DNA of 9,968 nucleotides from Octopus sinensis (GCF_006345805.1 NW_021827806.1:1-9968), one strand, 5' to 3'. Positions 1 to 8,650 are shown, numbered from the stretch's first letter. Translations and numbers: made by a program. Notes: generated from the sequence alone by a model not told the origin.

Positions 1-235
1 ACACCTGCATACATATATACATAGACACCTACTTACATACATACCTGCATACATACATATACACCTACATACAGACATACACACCCACATACATACATAC
101 ACACATACATACACATCTACATACATAAATACATACATACATACACAGCTACATACATATATACACACCTACACACCTAAACGCTTATATACATACATGT
201 GCATATGTATGCATGTATTTGTGCGAGTGTGCTAA
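1..235. repeat. Degenerate (TACA)n/(CA)n microsatellite
   Basis: Repeated tacatacatac / acacac units with substitutions, running off the window start. Confidence 0.95.
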
Positions 236-421
236 AGAGACAATCAGAGAAAGAGATAAAGAGAGAAGGAGAGAATGATAAAAACTGGCTGTAAATGCGT
301 ATGGCTGGTGTACAGAAATATTTCATGTTACGCTTAACTAACATGTGTTACGAAATAACGCCTCATGAATGCCTCTTGTAGTAGCAATGGAAAAGTTGAC
401 ATTACAAAGAGGAAAGGCGTG

Positions 422-621
422 CAGTAGTAGTAGTAGTAGTAGTTGCAGTTGTTGTTGTGTTTTTGGTGGTGGTGGAGGTGATAGTGGCGATGATGGTGGT
501 GATGATGATAATGGTGATGGCAGTGGCGATGGTAGTGGTGATGATGATGTTGGTAGAGAGATGGTGGTGTTGGTGAAGGTGGTGGTGGTGGTGGTGGTGG
601 TGGTGAAGGCAGTGTGGTGGT
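422..621. repeat. Compound trinucleotide microsatellite (TAG)n-(GTT)n-(GAT)n-(GGT)n
   Basis: Direct reading, e.g. agtagtagtagtagt and ggtggtggtggtggtggtggtg. It explains the poly-His/Thr/Ser/Val ORFs in the track. Confidence 0.95.
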
Positions 622-3002
622 AAAGGAGGTAGCGCCGCAGCTCTGACATCAGATCTAGATGCAACTGTTGTATTAAGAAGAACCAACAGCATCTGCACAT
701 ATTTTTCGGAGAGCAGTTCTTTGTACTTACTATCTAACTAATAATTTCGCACGTAGATCAATAATTTCAACCCGTTAATTAATGTCTTCATCTTAATTAA
801 TGAGAAGTTTTCAAAGGACTGTTCACTATGAGAGACAACAGAAGCAAAATTTACTCGAAAATTTTGTAATATTTTAATTTTTTCTGATTGTCTGCAAAAC
901 CGCATATTCACTTCATCTGTTGAGTGTAACATAGTTTTGCTGCAATAATTTCGAATATGGAGTGTTCCTTGCTTTGTTGTTAACTGATGTCTTCATTACC
1001 GACATCCAGGAAAAGAAAGTAAAAAAAGACCTGTATGGTGCCACCCCGTTTGTCTCAGCTTTTTGTTCTGTTACTTTCAGAAAATTCTGATATTAAGAAG
1101 ACAAATTCCACGTGCCACATCCTGTCTTATATGAGACCATATTTTTTTTATTTTATCAATTATTTTTATAAGGAAAATAAATATTAGTTTTGATTTTCTA
1201 CACAATCCACTTCTTTATATCGTATGTGTATCGTTTTAAAGATTTTAGTTTGAAAGGAAGTGTAATGGCCATTGACATTTCTCAGAGATTCCGAGACTGA
1301 CTGGAAGAAGAGAGAGGGGCATCCCAGACCTGAAACCAGGAATGAAACATTTCACTAAAGAGCCCTCGAAACGAAATTATGGAGTTTATCTAAATGGCTG
1401 GTTACAAGTGCCACTCGTGGACAGGGATGGTTCTTCTGACAGGTTTCCAAACAGCTTCAGTCCTCTGGAGATTTCGGTCGCATGAAGGTGATGATAAAAG
1501 ATATTTACTTAAAATACTGTGCAGCAGAAACTACCGGAAGCCACATAGTTGCAACGCCATACCTCAGCTTTGTTGTACGTTTTATAGAGCGAACGAATAT
1601 TTTCAGGTTTATGCGGAAATTGAATTCATTTCTTACACTGGAATTGAACTGCAAACGAACCAGCATCATTGTGGTTAGATCTACATTAGAAACATTTCAC
1701 CGTCGAAAAGAAGGGAATGATTTTCAAATATATGTCTGAATAAATGAATTGCTGTTCGTACATAGCACTGCCTCCTTTCAGATTCCTCACGACCCACCCA
1801 AATATCAGCTATCGTCTATCACCCATCTCTTCCTTTGACATTGTAGTAACCGTTATGTCCTGGCGTTTCTTCCCTGAACACAGATCCGAGGAACGTAACT
1901 CTGCTCGCGCCCTTCCTGCTGGTGTTTTCCTGTTGTGGTGTAAACGGAACATTAACGGCAATGAGCTCTCTTTCTCTGAGAGTTTGCGAAGGTTATGAGC
2001 ACTGCTCTTCCTCCAAGCACAATACAAAGAAATAATATAAAATAATAGCTGAAACGTATTCGATCATAGACTTGTTTGCTGAAGAACGAAGAACGAAAAA
2101 AAGGGCAAATAATAAAAATGAAAGAAATTTATAATGTACAAAACAGAACACGATTTTTCTCTGACGTTAATGATTATGCTAGTATTTATAACTATATTAG
2201 TTAATATTTGTGGTTTATATCATAACAAAGGAGGCCATAAATACATAGTACATTCAAATAGTGTTCGCACATGTGCATGTAGTTGTTATTAGTACAAAAT
2301 GCATTCAAAATATTGTACATATTTCTATAGATCACTTCAATTTTGTTTTCCTTACTTTACTTTTCTGCTTAATCTTGTGCAAATAATTTCCCATTTTATA
2401 ATGAAAATTAGATCTTATGATGAGCTTATATGATTAGTGTATTTTCATGAATTTGTGAAAGCAGCTATTGTATTTCACTATGCCTGTAAGCAAATTTATA
2501 ATCTATCTATCTATTTATCGATGGCTGTATCTATGCTTTCCTTTTTCTGTTTTAATCGCTCGAATTCTTTTCATAAGACAAAATCAGCTTCTAACAAATA
2601 AACAAAAACACATGGATGGAATTTGGGCAACCGGTGTTACACACTGAAGTTTAGAAAAAGGCTTACACATTTTTCTCTTCTCCATAAAGAATGCTTTAGT
2701 AAAGTGCGTATTAAGAGGTCCGATATTTTGTTTGAAAAAAACCTGGTTCTTTCCCAAATAGTCGAATATATAAGAATGAATATAAGAGATTAGTATGTGC
2801 AGATTAGTATGTTTTGTTTTATCGATGTCTTCTGATGCATGTAGTTGCATATCTAGGCAAAATCATATATACTTAAGTGATAAACTTTTGGAAATTTTTT
2901 CAGATGTTTACAGTTTCGATGATGATTGGACCTGTAGTTTTCGAATCAGCTTACGCCTTTATGGGTTTGGAGGCAGCGTGTTACATATCCAAGAGTCCCA
3001 AA

Positions 3003-3088
3003 TATGTATGTATGTGTTTGTGTATGTATGTATGTATGTATGTATGTATTATGTATGTATGTATGTATGTATGTATTTATGCATATAT
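3003..3088. repeat. (TATG)n microsatellite
   Basis: Direct reading of tatgtatgtatg runs. Confidence 0.95.
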
Positions 3089-3659
3089 GTCCAATTATTC
3101 CAAGGCGATGATATAGTCTATCCACATATTTTGTCAGAAACCTTTCTTATGAATATTCCAAGAAACGATATCCAAAGCTGCACATAAGCACTGCTTGGTA
3201 AATCTTTTCGAGCTGACTTCTGACGATATCTAAGAAGTATATAGAGTCGAATATTTTTAATAAAAGCATACAGATGTATACAAATGTGTGTGAGAGCCCG
3301 CATGCGAGAGTCTGTGTATATATATATATGTAGATATGGATATGCACATATAAATGTATGCATGCATATATGTAAATATGCAGAAATCGCACAGGCATTC
3401 ACACATGATCTAACTTCTGTCGATGGTTTCATATGCTTTTGTAATAGAAATTTATATATATATATCTATTATTATTCAAGTGTGCGATGGCATATATCGA
3501 ACTATGGATTTGAATACGTGCATATGTATATATACATTAAATAGAGATACACACACACACACACACCAGGTTATATATTTCTGTATATGCTACAAGACAC
3601 CTGAATAAGGATAGGTACATATAAAAGTTTATAAAATAAGATGCACCATCATTGATGAT

Positions 3660-3734
3660 TATGGATGTGTGATCGTATGTGTGATTTTGTATATGTGCAT
3701 ACATACGTACGTACTAACACGCATAGCTAAATAA

Positions 3735-3789
<55 letters not shown>

Positions 3790-3862
3790 GTGTGTGTGTG
3801 TATGTGTGTGTGTGTGTTTGTTTGTGTGCGCGCATGTGTATGTCTATATATATGTACATATG

Positions 3863-3898
<36 letters not shown>

Positions 3899-3973
3899 GT
3901 GTGTGTGTGTGTATGTGTGTGTGTGTGTTTGTTTGTGTGCGCGCATGTGTATGTCTATATATATGTACATATG

Positions 3974-4030
<57 letters not shown>

Positions 4031-4048
4031 ATGTGTGTGAGTGAGTGC

Positions 4049-4083
<35 letters not shown>

Positions 4084-4254
4084 CAAACATACATATTCAT
4101 ATATGCGTGCGTATATACACACATGTTCAAAGACGATCACACAAACACACACATCTATTTATACACAAGAATATATACACATACATTTACACCATGCATA
4201 CATACCATACATACATATATACTTACATGCATACATACATAAGTACATACGAAC

Positions 4255-4306
<52 letters not shown>

Positions 4307-4372
4307 CATACATATAATACATACATACATATCTGCATACATACATACATACATACATACATACATACTACA

Positions 4373-4406
<34 letters not shown>

Positions 4407-4430
4407 CATACATGCATACATACATACATA
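3660..4430. repeat. Long compound microsatellite field (TA)n/(TG)n/(CA)n/(TACA)n
   Basis: Mostly alternating purine-pyrimidine simple repeats. Contains the 111-bp duplication listed separately. Confidence 0.95.
3788..4009. repeat. Perfect 111-bp tandem duplication (3788-3898 / 3899-4009)
   Basis: Anchor gcgcgcatg occurs at 3828 and 3939, and anchor tatgtacata at 3851 and 3962. Offsets are 111 throughout and internal (TA)n and (TG)n lengths are identical. Confidence 0.9.
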
Positions 4431-4689
4431 GGGTAAAAACATCTGCATAAACGAGAATCTGAAATAAAAGAGAAATCAGTGCAGAAAGCGTTTTGTAGAT
4501 GTTTTCCGTTGAAGATATTTTCCCTTCAGAATCCACCAACTGTGAATAGATTAGATCAGAAATTGTTGCCAACAAGAAGTGTTGGTGCACATAAAATAGC
4601 TGCATCTCTATTGATATGATATAACATGATGCGTCTATGATGGAATAGGTTTTGACAACGCCGGCAGTGACACATCTCCAACAGCAAGT

Positions 4690-4800
4690 GTAGTAATGGT
4701 GGTGGTGGCAGTACTACTAGTAGTTGTAATAGTAGTAGTAGTAGTAGTAGTAGTAGTATAGTAGTAGTAGTAGTAGTAGTAGTAGTAACAGCAGTAGCTG
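4690..4800. repeat. (TAG)n microsatellite with short (GGT)n
   Basis: Direct reading of agtagtagtagt runs. Confidence 0.95.
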
Positions 4801-4899
4801 GAGCAGCGGCAAGGGCAGCAGAAGGAACCGCAGAAGAAGCAACACTTGCAATACAGCGCTATTAGAAACCAAAAAAGTAGACTGGAAGTATATGAATAT

Positions 4900-4908
4900 G
4901 TCTCTCTC

Positions 4909-4967
<59 letters not shown>

Positions 4968-4978
4968 ATCTCTCTCTC

Positions 4979-5026
<48 letters not shown>
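4900..5026. repeat. Compound (TC)n(TA)n(TG)n(TC)n(TA)n microsatellite
   Basis: Direct reading. Abuts the 3' end of the SINE at 5027. Confidence 0.95.
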
Positions 5027-5029
<3 letters not shown>

Positions 5030-5325
5030 TGTTCCTTCTAGAGCCACGCCTGGCTTATAAGGGCCGGTTTCCCGGTTTCCTTGGCGCATAGGTTACCCAC
5101 CTGAGCGGGATGCCGGTCTCTCGCAGGTGAGCTGCAAGGTTCGGGAAGAAAGAGTGAGAGAAAGTTGCGGCGAAAGATTCAGCAGAAGTTCGCCATTACC
5201 TTCTGCTGAAGCCACATGGAGCTTGGGTGTTTCGCTCATAAACACACATATCACTCGGTCTGAGATTCGAACCCGCGATCCCTCGACCGCGAGTCCGCTG
5301 CTCTAACCACTAGGCTATGTGCCTT
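5027..5325 (-). mobile_element. tRNA-derived SINE, apparently full length (~300 bp)
   Basis: Minus strand begins GGCACATAGCCTAGTGGTTAGAGCAGCGGACTCGCGGTCGAGGGATCGCGGGTTCGAATCTC, with A box TAGCCTAGTGG (5307-5317) and B box GGTTCGAATCT (5263-5273). The head resembles tRNA-Arg and is followed by a ~230-bp GC-rich non-tRNA body. Flanked by TA-rich repeats. Family name (octopus OK/OR types) not assignable without a library. Confidence 0.88.
5263..5317 (-). promoter_or_regulatory. RNA polymerase III type 2 internal promoter (A and B boxes) of SINE
   Basis: TAGCCTAGTGG matches TRGCNNAGTGG and GGTTCGAATCT is close to GGTTCGANTCC, with tRNA-like spacing. Confidence 0.8.
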
Positions 5326-5327
5326 CA

Positions 5328-5459
5328 GATATATACACATGCATATGCATAAATATAAATATATACATACATATATATACATATATGTATGTCTGTATGT
5401 ATCTATTTATCATCTATGTATGTATGTATGTATGTATGTATGTATTGTATGTATGTATG

Positions 5460-5490
<31 letters not shown>

Positions 5491-5522
5491 TCTATCTATC
5501 TATCTAAATGTTTATAGATACG

Positions 5523-5567
<45 letters not shown>

Positions 5568-5586
5568 TATATATATACATGTATGT
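5328..5586. repeat. (TA)n/(TATG)n/(TCTA)n compound microsatellite
   Basis: Direct reading. Confidence 0.95.
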
Positions 5587-5852
5587 AAGATTTGAGCAAC
5601 GTTGACTCCATCATCGGAAACAACTTAATGCAAGCATGCAAGTACGTTGGCAAAACGCCGCTTCTCTAAATGGAAACGTCACTTTTCATTATGATTTTGT
5701 AACACGAATCAAAGTAGGCCTTACCGTGCACCTAAAAAAACCCATACTGAATGTTCCACAAACACTCAAGCGAGCTGAGTCCTCAAATTGTTCCATTTGC
5801 CAAAAGGGCTGCAATGGCACTAGCTGGCCTCAGGGGACAGATCCGTGTCCTA

Positions 5853-6189
5853 TTCTTTCATTCGTTTATTCTTTAATTTGTTTCAGTCATTTGACTGCGG
5901 GCATGCTGCAACACCGCCTTCAGTCGAACGAATCGACCCCGGGACTTATTCTTTGTAAGCCACGTACTTATTCTATCGGTCATTATTGTCCAACCGCTAA
6001 GTTACGGAAACGTAAGCACACCAACATCAGTTGTTAAGCGACGATAGGGAGACAAACATGGACACACTAACATATACATACAAACATACATACATACATA
6101 CATACATACATACATACATACAGACATACATACATACATACATACATTCATACATACATACATACATTCATACATACATGCATGCATAC

Positions 6190-6245
<56 letters not shown>

Positions 6246-6412
6246 ATACACAACGTAATTCTTTAAGTTTCCGTCTACCAAATATACTCACAAGGCTTTA
6301 GTCGGCCCGAGGCTACAGTGGAAGACACTTTACAAGGTGCCATGTAGTGGGACTGAACACGAAACCGTGTGGTTGGGAAGCAAGCTTCTTACCACACAGC
6401 CACACCTGTGCC
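5853..6412 (-). mobile_element. tRNA-derived SINE with internal microsatellite and hairpin-plus-short-repeat 3' tail
   Basis: Minus strand begins GGCACAGGTGTGGCTGTGTGGTAAGAAGC, with A box TGGCTGTGTGG (6392-6402) and a diverged B box GTGTTCAGTCCC (6349-6360). It is followed by GGCACCTTGTAAAGTGTC, loosely similar to the start of the CORE domain (inference). An internal (TATG/TACA/TA)n tract spans ~6066-6250. The 3' part ends in hairpin CAGTC-AAAT-GACTG (5884-5897) and an A-rich degenerate repeat tail. Resembles an abundant octopus SINE as I recall it. Confidence 0.82.
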
Positions 6413-6451
6413 TATATACATATTTGTATGTATATACACACACACACGGAA

Positions 6452-6482
<31 letters not shown>

Positions 6483-6489
<7 letters not shown>

Positions 6490-6677
6490 ATTAGAGATAA
6501 AACCACTATTAGGCAAATCAAACAATGAAAAACATAAGCCTTTATCTTTATCTTTTATTAAACTTTTAATACTTTTGATATATATTTAAAATAATATAAA
6601 TTAATTAATATTATGTATTGGCTTATATTTTTCATTGTTTGATTTACCTAATAGTGGTTTTATCTCTAATTTAATAT
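6483..6677. repeat. Long inverted repeat: 58-bp arms (6483-6540 / 6620-6677), 79-bp AT-rich spacer; MITE-like or inverted segment of a retroelement
   Basis: Reverse complement of the left arm matches the right arm at 56/58 positions. Flanked by (TA)n on the left and (TATAA)n on the right. Confidence 0.85.
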
Positions 6678-6776
6678 AATATAATATAATATATTTTACT
6701 ATAAAATTGGATTTAATCCTAAATCTGATTTTTCCCTCTAAGTTTGGATTTATTCCCTAATATTTTATAATTAATT

Positions 6777-6827
<51 letters not shown>

Positions 6828-6830
<3 letters not shown>

Positions 6831-6905
6831 GGTGGTGCCTCAGCGGTGGTGCCCCAGCATGGCCGCGGCCTTCGGGCTAAAACATTTTTAAGGATTTAAG
6901 GATTT
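6828..6905 (+). mobile_element. 5'-truncated SINE/LINE-type 3' end with hairpin and (TTTAAGGA)n tail
   Basis: GGTGCCCCAGCATGGCCGCGGCCTTCGGGCTAAAACA aligns with the 3' end of the 5853-6412 SINE (GGTGTTGCAGCATGCCCGCAGTCAAATGACTGAAACA). It is followed by tttttaaggatttaaggattt. Confidence 0.75.
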
Positions 6906-6910
6906 ATATA

Positions 6911-7081
6911 GGGAGAGTTTACGAAAAAAAAGAAGACGATGACAGTAGTGTACAAACAAACAGATGTATTAGAATAACCCTCAAGAATAGAAAGTCTTTT
7001 ACGTTTCGAGTCTACGGGGACACAGAAAAACAAGGAGAGAAACAAGGAGAGAAAAAAATGTGTGTATCTATCTCGGCGACC

Positions 7082-7084
<3 letters not shown>
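6911..7084 (-). mobile_element. Short non-coding block between (TA)n tracts; possible degenerate Penelope-like/retrozyme-type fragment
   Basis: Bounded by tatata and (AT)41. Minus strand carries CTCGAAACGTA, resembling a hammerhead 3' half, then a T-rich end. Contains a 12-bp tandem repeat aaacaaggagag (7028-7051). Assignment is inference. Confidence 0.4.

Positions 7085-7166
<82 letters not shown>
7085..7166. repeat. Pure (AT)41 microsatellite
   Basis: Uninterrupted 82-bp AT dinucleotide run. Confidence 0.97.
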
Positions 7167-7170
<4 letters not shown>

Positions 7171-7391
7171 AAACAAGTCAAAATAGAAAATGCTAAAATA
7201 ATTTTATAAAGAACATTTCAGTACCGGTTTCGGTCATTTTGAGACCTCTTCAACTGTAACGATTAAATGATTAAATTTAGAAAAATTAGAAGAAAAGTTT
7301 TTTTAAAGGAATATTTGTATAGTGTTCAGATATAAGTGGCATTCTGCCTTTCTCTGACTCCCTTGTTTGCACTTGTGTGTTCGAGGTCGTT
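7167..7391 (-). mobile_element. Hammerhead-containing non-autonomous element fragment (Penelope-like pseudo-LTR/retrozyme-like), flanked by (TA)n
   Basis: A ~225-bp non-coding block between two (TA)n tracts that contains the hammerhead fold at 7214-7261. Minimal type I hammerheads are established features of Penelope-like elements and metazoan retrozymes. No RT or GIY-YIG coding sequence is visible. Confidence 0.55.
7214..7261 (-). ncRNA. Minimal type I hammerhead ribozyme motif (U3 core variant)
   Basis: Minus strand reads CGUUACAG UUGAAGA GGUC-UCAAAAU-GACC GAAA CCGG UA^ CUGAAAUG. Stem I has 7 pairs around one A.A mismatch. The core is UUGAAGA (canonical CUGANGA), stem II has 4 bp, and GAAA is followed by palindromic stem III ACCGGU and a GUA cleavage triplet. 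Confidence 0.75.
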
Positions 7392-7625
7392 TATATATAT
7401 ATATATATATATATTTATTTATTTATCTATTTATTTATTTATTTACTAATCTTATCGACAGCATTTGCAATACATGAATGTATACACATCTATGCAAGTG
7501 TACGTTTGTGCACACTTATCTATCCATGTATCCATATGTATATGTATCCGTGTGTATGCGTGTGTACACGCGCGCACACACACGTACACACACACACACA
7601 CACTCATACACATACAGATATCTGT
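7392..7625. repeat. (TA)n, (TTTA)n and degenerate (CA)n/(TG)n microsatellites
   Basis: Direct reading. Confidence 0.9.
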
Positions 7626-8109
7626 ATACGGTGGGTCGTGCCATACACGAGGTCGCAGATGTGCGACCGAAATTTTCAAAGCAAATGAAATGAATTGAAT
7701 TGAGAAGTTCTGTCAGTCGTAAAATCATATCTAGATTGGTTCTTCCAAGAGTTTCCCCCAAAACGCACACACATATACACATATACACATACACTCACAC
7801 ATTCACAGTATGCCCATGTGAGTGGGTTTACATATAGGTGTCCGATGTGCTTCACAATACAATCAAACACAAAACTGCAAAATCGAAATATATATATTTT
7901 ATTTTTCCCTGCTGAAAATATTCACCGAGAAATTCAGAACTAATTAGAGCTACACTGGGAATGTTTATATGGTGGAAGTAAAAAGTATGGGCGAATTGCT
8001 GATGTACTATACAATGAGGACACAGACCCAGTCTCACACACACACACGTCCTTAATCTTCTCATGTACACCTATATTATTATGTATTTTAGTAGCTATCA
8101 TGAGAAACT

Positions 8110-8161
8110 CTCGCGCGCTCTCTCTATCTCTTTCTGATATATATACATATACATATATATA

Positions 8162-8203
<42 letters not shown>

Positions 8204-8290
8204 AATATATATCTATATCTATCTATCAATATATCAATATATAAACATATATATATATTTATATATTTATATATACATATATATATATAT

Positions 8291-8324
<34 letters not shown>

Positions 8325-8391
8325 GTTATATACATATATATATATATGTATATATATCTTTATATACATACATGCATACATACATACATAC

Positions 8392-8434
<43 letters not shown>

Positions 8435-8452
8435 ATATATATATATATATAC
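8110..8452. repeat. Long degenerate (TA)n field with (TCTA)n and (TACA)n
   Basis: Direct reading. Confidence 0.95.
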
Positions 8453-8509
8453 TGTTAAAGATGCTCCTTTCTTCGCTATCTTTCATTACTATCTTTGATA
8501 ATGGTATAA

Positions 8510-8650
8510 ATATACACACATATACACCCAGATATGTCTTCACATGTGCATGCGTGCATGTATTTATGCATTTATGCATATGTGTTTTAATACATATATT
8601 TTATACAATATGATGTTAATACATGTTTACACACACACACACACACAAAG
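8510..8650. repeat. Degenerate (TA)/(TGCA)/(CA)n simple repeats
   Basis: Direct reading; clear (CA)n at ~8629-8647. Confidence 0.8.

Noticed and set aside
338-700. ORFs with poly-His/Thr/Ser/Pro/Val (338-700, 369-623, 402-698)
   Set aside because: They are translations of trinucleotide microsatellites, open in several frames on both strands, with no domain or convincing exon boundaries.
731-825. Minus-strand acceptor (tctctcatag) and donor (gtaagt at 730-725) pair
   Set aside because: All three frames contain stops. It could only be a non-coding exon, which is unsupported.
3220-3255. CTGACGA hammerhead core motif on + strand
   Set aside because: No stem II, and the downstream sequence is GAAT rather than GAAA.
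3118-4436. Many 60-170 aa ORFs rich in YI/CV/HT/MYV
   Set aside because: (TA)n, (TG)n and (TACA)n lack stop codons in most frames, so these are artefacts. The same applies to similar ORFs at 5319-6589 and 7377-8787.
4431-4605. Minus-strand open stretch (ATISDLIYSQLVDSEGKISSTEN...) with acceptor-like sites
   Set aside because: No recognisable homology or matching donor except the microsatellite. Such motifs are common in AT-rich DNA.
5255-5325. Possible tRNA gene
   Set aside because: A and B boxes are present, but there is no pairing acceptor stem or clean anticodon arm, and it continues into a SINE body. The same holds for 6340-6412.
5636-6037. 133-aa ORF whose start (VRWQNAASLNGNVTFHY) faintly recalls a fibronectin type III strand
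   Set aside because: The resemblance is only a few residues. There is an in-frame stop at 5603-5605 and no pyrimidine-rich acceptor, and the ORF runs into the antisense of a SINE.
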